Assembly (NCBI GenBank): GCA_963809485.1
Contig: CAWEJX010000020.1
Location: forward strand, 704,001-768,000
DNA: 64,000 bases
From: an uncultured Acidobacteriota bacterium
Lineage (GTDB): Bacteria > Acidobacteriota > UBA6911
Direction of reading: 5' to 3'
Each line of letters starts with the position of its first letter. Within the stretch, counting starts at the first letter, position 1. This document shows, piece after piece, positions 29,964-40,207 of this stretch. The notes beneath the pieces are model-generated. The model ran no database searches. It was not told the origin of the DNA and saw nothing but the letters and a program-made list of their open reading frames with translations. A program made the position numbers and the translations under genes.

Positions 29964-30072
29964 CGGTTGTGTAGTTTTGAGCGAAGGCTGCTTATTTCAG
30001 CAAAAATGCCGCAAGGTCAATGACAGTCGATTCTTTCGAGCAGAAATAGGGGATTACCAGTTTATTTATGGC

Positions 30073-30396
30073 TTATCCGGCTTCCTTAAGTGAGGAGCGG
30101 ATCCAGGCCAGATAGTCGGCATCGCCGTTTGAGATCGGCAGCGCGATCACCTCCGGAACCCGGTAAGTGTGCAGCAGGCGGATTCTGGCACGGACCGTTT
30201 CAAATTTTTCCGATGTGGATTTTATGAGGATCAGGAATTCCCCCTCGTTGCACACTTTGCCTTCCCAGCGGTAGATGGAGCGGATTCCGGGCACGATATT
30301 GACACATGCAGCTTCCCGCGCCTCAACCAGCGCCAACGCGATTTCCTGCGCCAGACTGAGCGTGTCAGCAGTGCTCAGAACCAGTATCTCATTCAT
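30073..30396 (-). CDS. cutA: Divalent-cation tolerance protein CutA
   Basis: AACVNI, SIYRWEG, HTYRVPEVI. Confidence 0.93.
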   Translation of the reverse strand: MNEILVLSTADTLSLAQEIALALVEAREAACVNIVPGIRSIYRWEGKVCNEGEFLILIKSTSEKFETVRARIRLLHTYRVPEVIALPISNGDADYLAWIRSSLKEAG

Positions 30397-30507
30397 ATTT
30401 GCATCCCCGGTGATAATTGTTTGCATCCAATGGCGGCCAAAAGTATTATGCCGGAGTACGGCCAAATCAGACAGCGGTTATCAAAGCATCGGCGTCAGGA
30501 GAGGATC

Positions 30508-30807
30508 ATGGCGGCCCCCCAACGGATATCGCACAAAAAGGAACTCTATTACATACTTTGCATTGCTGCCGTTGTGCTCATTCTTCTCTTCAGCTTCCTG
30601 GGTCCCGGGGGATATGTCGAGCTGCGCAAGGCGCGCCTGGAATTGCAGGAGCAGAGTGACCGCGTCGAGGACATTAAGCGACGCAACAACGAGCACCGAA
30701 AAACCATCGAGGAATTGAGGTCCAACAAGGATGCGCTGGAAAAGCATGCCCGCCGGAAAGGCTACGCCCGGGAGGATGAGATCATTCAGCAGCTTCCCGA
30801 GGAATGA
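30508..30807 (+). CDS. Septum formation initiator (FtsB/DivIC family)
   Basis: TM helix, G..G, coiled coil, LEKHARRKGYAREDE; RBS GGAGAGG. Confidence 0.8.
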   Translation: MAAPQRISHKKELYYILCIAAVVLILLFSFLGPGGYVELRKARLELQEQSDRVEDIKRRNNEHRKTIEELRSNKDALEKHARRKGYAREDEIIQQLPEE

Positions 30808-30860
30808 TTCTGCTGATTTCCTGATCGCGAATCTCGAATTTTGAATCCCGAATTCGCCCT

Positions 30861-30904
30861 AGTCAAGCACCTCCGGCAAAGCCGGAGGCTTACCAATGTA
30901 ATTA
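30861..30904 (-). mobile_element. 44-bp minimal derivative of the IS200-like element (both ends fused through one hairpin)
   Basis: agtcaagcacctccggcaaagccggaggc followed directly by ttaccaatgtaatta. Confidence 0.7.
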
Positions 30905-32179
30905 CAGGCTCCAGACAACCTTCCCCTTCACCACGGTCATCGCCGGGCCGCCTACCAGCTTCCAGCCTTCAAAAGGGGTATTGCGGCTGCGTGAGCAGAA
31001 TTCGCCGGCATGCACTTCCCAGCTGAGCTCGGGATCAAGGACGGTAATGTCGGCCCAGGAGCCTTTGGCCAGAGTCCCCCGCTGCAGTTTGAGTATGCGG
31101 GCCGGATTGGTTGAGAAAAGCTGCACGAAACGCTCCAGGGTGAGGGTCCCCGGCCGCACGAAACGGTCGTAGATCAGGCTGACGGCTGTCTCGAGGCCAA
31201 CGATGCCGAAGGGAGCGCGGTCGTACTCGAGCATTTTGTCATTGATGTTGTGAGGCGCGTGGTCGGTGGCGATGACATCGATATCCCCGGAGGCGATTCC
31301 CTTCACCAGGGCGTCCACATCGTCCCGCGAGCGGAGAGGCGGATTTATCTTGGTGTTGGTGTCATAGGTCGACACCATGGCATCCGTCAAAAGAAGGTGA
31401 TGCGGCGTTGCTTCGCACGTAAGGGGGATCCGGTCTTCCTTCCTGGCTCGCACGACCGCATTGAGGGAGCGCCGCGTGGACAAATGGGCGATATGCACCT
31501 GGGCACCGGTCTGTTGAGCAAGGATGGCGTCCCGGATGACGTGCAGTTCCTCCGCGGCCGGATTCATTCCCCGCAACCCGAGCACGGTCGAGTAATACCC
31601 CTCGTGCATCACGCCGCCGGCCGCCAGGTCCCTGTCCTCACAATGATCGATGACAGGCAGGCCGAACAGCCGCGAATATTCCATGGCGCGCCGCATGACC
31701 TGGCTGTCCTGCACGGGGTGACCATCGTCGCTGACCGCGACGATTCCCGCCCGGTACATCTCCCCGATCTCCGCGAGGGTTTTGCCCTGGCTGCCTTTGG
31801 TGATGGCCCCGACCGGATACACAGCGGACTTGGAAACATCCCGGGCCCTGTCCAGGATGAAGGCAGTGACGGCCTCGGAATCGTTCACGGGCTGTGTGTT
31901 CGGCATGCAGGCGACGCCGGTATAGCCTCCGCGGGCCGCGGCGTTGACGCCTGTTTCAATCGTTTCGGCGTCTTCGCGCCCGGGCTCTCGCAGGTGGGCG
32001 TGCATGTCGATAAATCCGGGAAATACCAGAAGCCCGCGCGCGTCGATTTCCTTGCGGCCCTTTTTCCGGATCCTCGATGCAATTTCCGCGACATGGCCGT
32101 CTTCGACGCCGAGATCAACGACCTTATCCAGTTTTTGGGATGGATCGACAACCCTTCCGTGACGCAGTATTAGTTGCAT
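30902..32179 (-). CDS. pyrC: Dihydroorotase
   Basis: DMHAHLREPG, MPNT, KINPPLR, ATDHAPH. Confidence 0.95.
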   Translation of the reverse strand: MQLILRHGRVVDPSQKLDKVVDLGVEDGHVAEIASRIRKKGRKEIDARGLLVFPGFIDMHAHLREPGREDAETIETGVNAAARGGYTGVACMPNTQPVNDSEAVTAFILDRARDVSKSAVYPVGAITKGSQGKTLAEIGEMYRAGIVAVSDDGHPVQDSQVMRRAMEYSRLFGLPVIDHCEDRDLAAGGVMHEGYYSTVLGLRGMNPAAEELHVIRDAILAQQTGAQVHIAHLSTRRSLNAVVRARKEDRIPLTCEATPHHLLLTDAMVSTYDTNTKINPPLRSRDDVDALVKGIASGDIDVIATDHAPHNINDKMLEYDRAPFGIVGLETAVSLIYDRFVRPGTLTLERFVQLFSTNPARILKLQRGTLAKGSWADITVLDPELSWEVHAGEFCSRSRNTPFEGWKLVGGPAMTVVKGKVVWSL

Positions 32180-32185
32180 AGGCGC

Positions 32186-33136
32186 TCAATGAGAATGTCT
32201 TTTCAGCCTTAATCCGGCATTGCCGGAAAGCAGGTAGAGCACGGCCATTCGCGTTGCGACTCCATTGGCAACCTGGTTCAGGATGACCGAATAGTCCGCA
32301 TCCGCAACATCCGAATCGATTTCAACTCCGCGGTTCATGGGTCCCGGGTGCATGACGATAGTGTCCTTTTTGGCAAGGCGCATCCGCTCCCGGGTAAGGC
32401 CGTAGAAATTATAATATTCCCTCGTGGACGGGATGAAAGCTTCGTTCTGCCTCTCGTGCTGCAGCCGGAGCATCATGATCACATCCGCACCCTCGATGGC
32501 TTCTTCCATCCGTCCGTTGATCTTCGCACCCAACATGTCGAAATCCCAGGGAATCAGGGTTGGAGGGCCGCATACCCAGACTTCCGATCCCATCTTGTGG
32601 AAAAGCATGGTGTCGGATCGCGCAACACGGCTGTGGGAGATGTCTCCGACAATCGCGATTTTAAGCCTGTCCAGGCGCCCTTTCATGGTGCGTATGGTCA
32701 GAGCATCCAGGAGAGCCTGGGTCGGGTGCTCGTGCATGCCATCCCCGGCGTTGACAATCGAGGAACGGCATTCCCTTGCCAGGAGGTGCGGCGCTCCGGC
32801 GGATTCATGGCGAATCACAATAATATCCGGCGCCATGGCTTCAAGGTTGTGCGCCGTATCCAGAAGAGTCTCGCCCTTGGAGACGCTGCTGGTGGATGGC
32901 GAAAAATTCAGGATATCGGCGCTCAGCCGTTTTTCGGCCAGCTCGAAAGACGAACGGGTCCGCGTGGAAGGTTCAAAAAACAGGTTGATGACCGTTTTGC
33001 CGCGAAGGGTGGGAACTTTCTTCACCGGTCGGGCCGCGACCTCCTTCAAGGCTTCGGCCGTATCCAGTACCAGGGTTATATCGTCGACGGAAAGCTGTTG
33101 AATGCTCAGCAGGTCTTTGTGGCTGAAGGTTGCCAT
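32186..33136 (-). CDS. pyrB: Aspartate carbamoyltransferase catalytic subunit
   Basis: [19 protein letters not shown]; start reassigned to ATG 33136. Confidence 0.97.
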   Translation of the reverse strand: MATFSHKDLLSIQQLSVDDITLVLDTAEALKEVAARPVKKVPTLRGKTVINLFFEPSTRTRSSFELAEKRLSADILNFSPSTSSVSKGETLLDTAHNLEAMAPDIIVIRHESAGAPHLLARECRSSIVNAGDGMHEHPTQALLDALTIRTMKGRLDRLKIAIVGDISHSRVARSDTMLFHKMGSEVWVCGPPTLIPWDFDMLGAKINGRMEEAIEGADVIMMLRLQHERQNEAFIPSTREYYNFYGLTRERMRLAKKDTIVMHPGPMNRGVEIDSDVADADYSVILNQVANGVATRMAVLYLLSGNAGLRLKRHSH

Positions 33137-33148
33137 AGCGCTCGCCTG

Positions 33149-33182
33149 CCGCGGCCCGGTCACTCTCGGGACTCTGCCGCGG
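33149..33182 (-). promoter_or_regulatory. Possible PyrR-binding stem-loop just upstream of pyrB
   Basis: ccgcggc/gccgcgg stem enclosing AGUCCCGAGAG, which resembles the ARUCCNGNGAG consensus. Confidence 0.35.
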
Positions 33183-33261
33183 AGAAAATTCAAAATCCCC
33201 AAAACCGCCCCACGGCCCGGAACCGGCGTTCCCGGTCTGCCGCGCCCGGGCGGTTGATTCC

Positions 33262-33876
33262 TCACGGTCCTTCCTGGACCTGGTCCGCAGCCTGCGGCGG
33301 CTGAGGCCTCTTAAAAAGGACCACGCGCTCTTCCCGGTCCTCCTCGTTCAGGCGGACTTCCACCGTTTCATCTTCCGAAGTCTGGACGTGTTTCCCCACG
33401 TAGTCCGCCTGGATCGGAAGCTCGCGCAGGCCGCGGTCGATCAGGACAGCCAGCTGAACCTTATTGGGCCTCCCAAGGTCCATGATTCCATCCAGGGCTG
33501 CGCGGATCGTCCTGCCGGTATAAAGAACATCATCCACAAGCACGACGGCGAGATTGTTGATGTCAAAATTTATCAGCGTCTCCCGCAGCATCGGCCGGTT
33601 GCTGACGGTCGTCAGGTCATCCCGGTAGAGCGTAATATCAAGGATGCCCATGGGAACGGGCCGTTTAAGGGTTGCCTCCAATTTTCGGCACAAACGTTCG
33701 GCCAGATGAACCCCGCGACGCCTGATTCCTATGATCGCAAATTCTTCCTGGCGGCTCATCCGTTCCGCAATTTCGGCCGAAATCCTTGCCAGCGCGAGAT
33801 CGATTTCGCTGGCTGTCATCAGGAGCTTGCCTTTGGTTTTTTTCATTTCAAAATGCTTTTGGAAATAGGTTGCCAT
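33262..33876 (-). CDS. pyrR: PyrR (uracil phosphoribosyltransferase / pyr regulator)
   Basis: [33 protein letters not shown]; start may be 33846. Confidence 0.95.
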   Translation of the reverse strand: MATYFQKHFEMKKTKGKLLMTASEIDLALARISAEIAERMSRQEEFAIIGIRRRGVHLAERLCRKLEATLKRPVPMGILDITLYRDDLTTVSNRPMLRETLINFDINNLAVVLVDDVLYTGRTIRAALDGIMDLGRPNKVQLAVLIDRGLRELPIQADYVGKHVQTSEDETVEVRLNEEDREERVVLFKRPQPPQAADQVQEGP

Positions 33877-33949
33877 TCAGTGCGCGGCGATAATATCACA
33901 CGGAAAAATGCGTTGCAAACGGCTAGTTACAACCTATACTGAAATTAGA

Positions 33950-34789
33950 ATGTTGGACAAAAAGGTAAAGGTAAAAGATGTCCGGGACCTCGGAGCCGGG
34001 AACTACCTCCTGACGCTGAATACGCAGGAACAGGCGCGGCTGGTCCGCCCGGGGCAGTTTGTAATGATCAAGTGCGTCGAGGATGCGCACGAGAATCCGC
34101 TCCTGCGCCGCCCTTTTACCATATTCAACATCCACCGCCAGGCACGCAGCGGAAAACCGGCAGGGATCGAGCTGCTCGTCAAGGATGTCGGGGCCGGGAC
34201 CCATAGGCTGGCTCAGGCGCACACGGGGCAGGCGCTGGACTGCCTGGGCCCCCAGGGCCGCGGATTCCAGTTGCCTGCCGAGATGCGCAACCGCCTGGGA
34301 ATGGCCTGTCTGGTGGCCGGAGGAGTCGGCATCGCCCCTTTATATCTGCTGGCCCAGAGCCTGATGGCGCAAAACGTCAAACCGGTTTTGTTCTACGGCG
34401 GCGCAGGCATTGCCGATCTCGTGCTGCGCGAATATTTCGAACGGCTGGGCATGGAGATTTTCTGCGCTACGGAGGACGGATCCTTTGGGGAACGAGGCCT
34501 GGTGACCCAGCCGCTTGAGCAATTCCTGCAAAGCCACCCCCGCAAAGACATTCGCCTGTACGCCTGCGGGCCATGGAACATGATGAAAGCGGTTCACGCG
34601 CTATCGGTTCCGATCGGCCTGCAGTGCGAGGTCAGCCTGGAGGCACGCATGGGGTGCGGGCTCGGCGCCTGCCTGGGATGCGTGGTCCGCAGCCGGGACT
34701 CTCAGGGGGAAGAACGGTTTCTCCGCGTCTGCCAGGACGGCCCTGTGATGAACAGCCGGCTGATCGATTGGGACACTGCGCCGCTATGA
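33950..34789 (+). CDS. pyrK: Dihydroorotate dehydrogenase electron transfer subunit
   Basis: PGQF, RRPF, GGVGIAP, CGP, MGCGLGACLGC..C [2Fe-2S] motif. Confidence 0.93.
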   Translation: MLDKKVKVKDVRDLGAGNYLLTLNTQEQARLVRPGQFVMIKCVEDAHENPLLRRPFTIFNIHRQARSGKPAGIELLVKDVGAGTHRLAQAHTGQALDCLGPQGRGFQLPAEMRNRLGMACLVAGGVGIAPLYLLAQSLMAQNVKPVLFYGGAGIADLVLREYFERLGMEIFCATEDGSFGERGLVTQPLEQFLQSHPRKDIRLYACGPWNMMKAVHALSVPIGLQCEVSLEARMGCGLGACLGCVVRSRDSQGEERFLRVCQDGPVMNSRLIDWDTAPL

Positions 34790-34891
34790 GGATTGTCCTC
34801 ATGGGAAAGATACCGGGATTGCTAAGGATGCCGGCCTTTTGAACCCGATCCCGGTCGCAACGGCAACTCTCTATCTGTTTTTCCGCGATTT

Positions 34892-35848
34892 ATGAAAAGT
34901 ACAGCTGCTGAGAAGGAACTGCACAAAACGCCTCACATGGCGGTGGATATCGCCGGAGTGCGTTTCAAGAATCCCGTCCTTACCGCAAGCGGCACTTTCG
35001 GCTACGGGCTGGAATTCGCGAACCTCATGGACCTGAACTCGATCGGCGGCATCGTGGTCAAAGGCCTGTCGATGACGCCCATCAAGGGAAACGCGCCGCC
35101 TCGCGTGTACGAGACATCCTCCGGGATGCTGAATGCCATTGGCTGGCAGAACATAGGCGCCACAGAATTCGTGACAACGAAACTGCCGGCGCTGAGGAAT
35201 TACGACACCCACATAATCGTCAACATCGTGGGTTTTGAATTGAACGATTATCTCGAGGTCACGCGGTTCCTCAATGACTGTCCCGGCATCAAAGCCCTGG
35301 AGCTCAATATCTCGTGCCCGAACGTAAAAAAGGGAGGATTCCACTACAACAAGGATCCCCGCGACGCTTACGCCATCACTGCGGAAACCAAAAAGGCCTC
35401 GCGGCAGCTTCCCCTGTGGGTCAAACTCTCCCCCAATGTTACGGACATTCGCGATTTCGCCCGGGCCTGCCAGGAAGCGGGCGCCGACGCTCTTTCAGTG
35501 GTAAATACGTTTGTGGGAATGGCTATTGATATAGAGAAAAGGCGGCCCAGACTGCGATTCCTTACCGGAGGGCTTTCCGGGCCCGCAATCAAGCCCATCG
35601 CGCTGCGCATGGTATGGGAAACCTGCCAGGCGGTTAAAATTCCCGTTATTGGAATCGGGGGAATCGCTACGGCGGAGGATGCGCTCGAGTTTTTGATAGC
35701 CGGCGCCCGTGCCGTGCAGGTCGGAACCGTCAATTTCTATCAGCCCGATGCATCCCAACGCATCGCGCTGGGGCTGCAGGAATATTGCCGGACGCATTAT
35801 GTCGAAGACATTAACGAACTGATTGGGAGCCTTCGCGCCTATGAATGA
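34892..35848 (+). CDS. pyrD: Dihydroorotate dehydrogenase 1B catalytic subunit
   Basis: [32 protein letters not shown]. Confidence 0.96.
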   Translation: MKSTAAEKELHKTPHMAVDIAGVRFKNPVLTASGTFGYGLEFANLMDLNSIGGIVVKGLSMTPIKGNAPPRVYETSSGMLNAIGWQNIGATEFVTTKLPALRNYDTHIIVNIVGFELNDYLEVTRFLNDCPGIKALELNISCPNVKKGGFHYNKDPRDAYAITAETKKASRQLPLWVKLSPNVTDIRDFARACQEAGADALSVVNTFVGMAIDIEKRRPRLRFLTGGLSGPAIKPIALRMVWETCQAVKIPVIGIGGIATAEDALEFLIAGARAVQVGTVNFYQPDASQRIALGLQEYCRTHYVEDINELIGSLRAYE

Positions 35849-36554
35849 CCCGCGATCAAGACTCATCGTTGCGCTGGATGTTCCGGATCGGGCGGCCGCG
35901 CTCGCTTCGGTGGAGCGGCTTTCCGGTCACGCAGGATACTTTAAACTCGGCCTGGAAATTTTCACCCGCGAGGGGCCGCGCCTGGTTGAGGAAATCCGGG
36001 GGCGCGGGGAAAAAATATTTCTGGACCTGAAGCTGCACGACATCCCCAACACCGTCCGCGGAGCGGTCCGGTCGGCCTGCCGGCTGGGGGTCGACATGCT
36101 GACGCTTCATGCTTCCGGCGGTTTCGAAATGCTCGCGGCCGCGGCCCTGGAAGCCCGATCTTCGGAATCTCCACCGCTTCTTCTGGCCGTGACGGCCCTG
36201 ACCAGCCTTTCCCGGGAGGACGTGCAGAAGCTGGGAGTGTCCGGAACCGTCGAGCAGTGGGTGGAGAGGCTGGCCGGCCTGGCCTGCGACTCGGGGATAC
36301 GCGGGATCGTGGCTTCCGCCCGTGAGCTGCCGATGCTCCATAGGCTATTTGAAAATAGGCTGCAGTTCGTGATTCCCGGCATACGACCTGCCGGATCTTC
36401 CGCTCAGGACCAGAGCCGCACGGCGACGCCGGCGGAAGCCATCCGGGCGGGCGCGGATTTGATAGTCGTGGGCCGCCCGATCCTCCAGGCTCCCGATCCC
36501 GCGGCCGCCGCCGATGCCATCGTGGAAGAGATGCGCCTGGCCCTTCCTGTTTAA
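35841..36554 (+). CDS. pyrF: Orotidine-5'-phosphate decarboxylase
   Basis: [24 protein letters not shown]. Confidence 0.97.
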   Translation: MNDPRSRLIVALDVPDRAAALASVERLSGHAGYFKLGLEIFTREGPRLVEEIRGRGEKIFLDLKLHDIPNTVRGAVRSACRLGVDMLTLHASGGFEMLAAAALEARSSESPPLLLAVTALTSLSREDVQKLGVSGTVEQWVERLAGLACDSGIRGIVASARELPMLHRLFENRLQFVIPGIRPAGSSAQDQSRTATPAEAIRAGADLIVVGRPILQAPDPAAAADAIVEEMRLALPV

Positions 36555-36583
36555 AAGCATTTTGATAAAGCGATGGGACCGGG

Positions 36584-37279
36584 CTATTGAAGCTTCTCCC
36601 GGGCACGCCGGAAGATGCCGTCAAACATCGCATGGGTCAGTTTCCCGGTCTGCGTATTCTGCCGGCTTGGATGGAAGGAAGAGATCAGCGTCAATCGCCC
36701 AAGCTCCCATTCCCCACCGTGCCGGAATTCCAGTTTGCCGGCGGCCGGAGACTCGCACTGCTCCCGCCAGATCCTGACGAAAGCCTGGAACGCGATCCGG
36801 CCGAGAGCGACCACGACCCGCTTGTTCCCGGCCAGCCGAAGCTCCCGGCGCAGGTATTCCCGGCAGTTGCCTATCTCATCGATCGTGGGCTTATTGTCCG
36901 GCGGAGCGCAGCGCAGAACCGCCGTAATCAGACAGTCGTGCAGCGCCAGGCCGTCGTTTCTGCCGGCGGATTCGGGTTGACTGGCGTAGCCGAACCGGTA
37001 GAGCGCATCGAAGAGCCAATCCCCGCTTCGGTCGCCGGTGAACATCCGTCCCGTGCGGTTGCCGCCGTGCGCCGCGGGAGCCAATCCTATGATTACCAGC
37101 CCGGCGTCGGGCGCGCCGAAAGCCGGCACCGGACGCCCCCAGTATTCCTGATCGCTGAACCGGCGGACTTTTTCGCGGGCAACGCGTTCCCGCCAGGCGA
37201 CCAGGCGCGGGCAACGCCGGCACTTCATGACCTGCCGCTCCAAACGGAGAAAGTCCTCCTTGAATTTCATGACGTCCAT
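36584..37279 (-). CDS. Uracil-DNA glycosylase, family 5 (UdgB-like)
   Basis: CRRCPRL, GLAPAAHGGNRTGRMFTGD, CAPPDNKP, HPS. Confidence 0.92.
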   Translation of the reverse strand: MDVMKFKEDFLRLERQVMKCRRCPRLVAWRERVAREKVRRFSDQEYWGRPVPAFGAPDAGLVIIGLAPAAHGGNRTGRMFTGDRSGDWLFDALYRFGYASQPESAGRNDGLALHDCLITAVLRCAPPDNKPTIDEIGNCREYLRRELRLAGNKRVVVALGRIAFQAFVRIWREQCESPAAGKLEFRHGGEWELGRLTLISSFHPSRQNTQTGKLTHAMFDGIFRRAREKLQ

Positions 37280-37400
37280 ATTAGCATGAACCGACGCACG
37301 CGCCGGGGCGGCACGAAAAACGAGGCGGCGGGCTTTGCGTCTTCGGTGCCTGCGGATATATAGAAGATGCATATCGATTTATGCATGATCTTTCGATAGT

Positions 37401-38801
37401 ATGGACAGCCCGATGGACAACAACAGCGATTTGACGATCCTCAGCCTGGCTCCCCTGATACGGCGGAGAAAAATTTCTCCGGTGGAACTCACCGCTTTTT
37501 GCCTCGACCGCATCTCAAAGCTCCAGCCTGCCATCAACGCCTTTATCACCGTCCGGGAAGATATCGCGCGGGAACAGGCAAAGCGCGCGGAGAGGGATAT
37601 TTCCAGAGGAAGGTACAAAGGCGTTCTCCACGGCATCCCGATCAGTGTCAAGGATCTATTCTACACCCGCGGCATACGAACAACTGCCGGCTCAAAAATC
37701 CTGCGCCGCTTCGTTCCCGATCGCAATGCGGAGGTCGTCGAGCGGCTATCGGCCTCCGGATGCATCCTCCTGGGCAAAACCAACATGCATGAGTTTGCCT
37801 ACGGAGCAACGAACATCAATCCCCATTATGGCCCGGTCCGCAACCCGTGGGACACTGGCCGCATATCCGGAGGGTCCAGCGGAGGCAGCGCGGCATCGGT
37901 TGTCACAGCCCAGGCCGTAGCATCGATCGGGACCGACACCGGAGGATCCATCCGCATACCGTCGGCAGCCTGCGGATGCGTGGGGCTGAAGCCGACCTAC
38001 GGCCGGGTGTCGCTGGAGGGCGTGATTCCGCTTTCCGGCACGCTGGATCACGCGGGCCCTATCTGCAGATGCGTGGCCGATGCAGCTCTGATGTTCGATG
38101 CCATGGCCCTAAGGAGTGTCCGCGCTCCGGGGATGCCAGGAACAACCGCCTCCGCTCTTCGAGGCGGAGTGAAATCGATTCGTCTCGGAGTGCCCCGGCA
38201 GTATTTTTTCGATCACCTGCAGCTGGCAGTCCGGCGAAGTGTGCTGGCTGCTATGAAAATCCTGAAAGAGCTTGGCGCCAGTCTTCGCGAGGTGAATCTG
38301 AAAGGTATGGAAGAGACCGCCCGGCTCGCCGCGGATATCACCGCCGGAGAAGCCCTCGCCTATCACGAAGTATGGCTGAATAAACGCCCGGAAGAATACG
38401 GCAAGGACGTTGGCGCACGTCTGGAACAAAGCAGAGGATTGACGGCCGCAGCCTATATTCAGGCGCTGCAGAAAAGGCTGGCCTACACGGAGGAATTCGA
38501 ACGCGTGCTGGATTCGGTGGATCTTATCCTGGCGCCGGCCCTTCCCGTTGTGGCGCCCGGCCTTGATCAGGAACAGGTCCGGACAGGGCGCTCGCTAAAC
38601 GACGTGCGCCTGGCGCTGCTGAGCCTGACAAGGCCTGCCAATCTCACGGGACTTCCAGCTCTCTCGGTGCCGTGCGGCTTTTCGCCGGACAATCTTCCCA
38701 TAGGATTGCAGCTGATCGGCCGCCGGTTCGGCGAGGCCACGCTCTTGCGGACCGCCTGGGCCTATGAGCAGGCCACAACCTGGCATCGCCAGTTTCCTTA
38801 A
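37401..38801 (+). CDS. Amidase signature family protein
   Basis: HGIPISVKD, GGSSGGS, GTDTGGSIRIP. Confidence 0.92.
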   Translation: MDSPMDNNSDLTILSLAPLIRRRKISPVELTAFCLDRISKLQPAINAFITVREDIAREQAKRAERDISRGRYKGVLHGIPISVKDLFYTRGIRTTAGSKILRRFVPDRNAEVVERLSASGCILLGKTNMHEFAYGATNINPHYGPVRNPWDTGRISGGSSGGSAASVVTAQAVASIGTDTGGSIRIPSAACGCVGLKPTYGRVSLEGVIPLSGTLDHAGPICRCVADAALMFDAMALRSVRAPGMPGTTASALRGGVKSIRLGVPRQYFFDHLQLAVRRSVLAAMKILKELGASLREVNLKGMEETARLAADITAGEALAYHEVWLNKRPEEYGKDVGARLEQSRGLTAAAYIQALQKRLAYTEEFERVLDSVDLILAPALPVVAPGLDQEQVRTGRSLNDVRLALLSLTRPANLTGLPALSVPCGFSPDNLPIGLQLIGRRFGEATLLRTAWAYEQATTWHRQFP

Positions 38802-38920
38802 AATATCGCCGTCGGAGACCGGGACCGGACTTGATCCGCAGGGTTGCTGTAAAGCTTCAGACGCCAAAATCACAGGTTTTGGCAGGCTGAAGACATCTTG
38901 ATTCATGTGCGGGGTTTCCG

Positions 38921-39967
38921 ATGGGATTTGGCCGATTCGAAAATCCGCTGGTCAGCGTTATCGTGGTGAATTGGAACGGCGCGAAGTTTCTCGAAGACTG
39001 CCTCTCCTCGCTCGAAAGACAGACCTGGCAGAACCGGGAGTTCATTATCGTGGATAACGGTTCGACAGACGGCAGCGCCGAGTGCATACGCGCCTGGACC
39101 GGGCGGATCCCTGGAGCGCGAGCGGTTTTTCTGGCCAGGAACAGCGGATTCTGTGAAGCCAACAATATTGCGTTTGCACGGGCGCAGGGCGAGTGGATCG
39201 CGCTGCTCAATAACGACGCCGTTGCGGAAGCGGACTGGATTGAGAAGATGGTCCTGCGCGGCGACCCGGCCCGCAGAATCGGCATGATAGGCTGCAAGAT
39301 TCTGTTCGCCGCGCCGGAGGGAGTTCTGGACAAGGCGGGACACCTCATCTACTGGGACGGCCAGAACCGCGGACGCGGCACCATGGAGAGGGATGCGGGC
39401 CAGTACGATAAGGAAGAAGAGATACTCTGGCCGGATGCCTGCGCTGCCCTGTACCATCGCCGGCTGTTCGTGGAAACGGGCGGCTTCGACGAGACCTTCT
39501 TCGCTTTTGGTGACGACGCGGACCTTGGGATGCGGGCAAGGCTTTTGGGCTGGAATGCGTGGTATGTGCCTTCGGCCAGGGTCTATCACCGTCACTCGGC
39601 GACGGCCGGTGCATATTCCTCCCTGAAAATCATGCTGGTGGAACGGAACAGGCTGCTGCTGGCCGTTAAAAATTTTCCTCTTCCACTGCTGCTCGCAAAT
39701 CCATATTGGTCGGCCCGGAGGTTTATGTGGCACGCCTACGCCGCTTTGAAACGGCAGGGGGCGGCCGGCCAATTCGTCTCGGCCCAGGGTTGGCTCCGCC
39801 TTCCGTTTATCCTCCTGTGGGCCCATGTCAGCACCTTGCGCCTGCTGCCGGCGGCATTGCGCAAAAGATGGAAGATCCAGAAAACCAGAAAGCTTACCCG
39901 TCGGGAGGTTATGGCTCTGCTTCGCAGGTTTCAGATCGATCTCCGGCAATTGACGCTTAGGGATTGA
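38921..39967 (+). CDS. Glycosyltransferase family 2
   Basis: VSVIVVNWN, VDNGSTD, LNND, GFDE..F...DD.D. Confidence 0.92.
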   Translation: MGFGRFENPLVSVIVVNWNGAKFLEDCLSSLERQTWQNREFIIVDNGSTDGSAECIRAWTGRIPGARAVFLARNSGFCEANNIAFARAQGEWIALLNNDAVAEADWIEKMVLRGDPARRIGMIGCKILFAAPEGVLDKAGHLIYWDGQNRGRGTMERDAGQYDKEEEILWPDACAALYHRRLFVETGGFDETFFAFGDDADLGMRARLLGWNAWYVPSARVYHRHSATAGAYSSLKIMLVERNRLLLAVKNFPLPLLLANPYWSARRFMWHAYAALKRQGAAGQFVSAQGWLRLPFILLWAHVSTLRLLPAALRKRWKIQKTRKLTRREVMALLRRFQIDLRQLTLRD

Positions 39968-40207
39968 TGGGAGGGGGCAGAGGATCAAAGGATCAAAGGA
40001 GCTGGGGGACAGTGCGGGAAAAGATGGTTTGTTCCTGATTTCCACGGGGATAGGTTTCTATCTATTTAGTCTTGATGCTTTGCCGCCATGTCCCTTTACG
40101 TTCTGCCCTTTTTCAGCATATCCCATTCATCCTTTGCCCCTTTGCTTCTTTGCTCCTATACTTTGCGCCATAGGCCGCAGGACAGGCTTTAACCGGATGG
40201 GAGAAAA

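Noticed and set aside
37401-38801. Calling the amidase gatA
   Set aside because: No gatB or gatC is adjacent, and the sequence looks like a generic amidase-signature enzyme.
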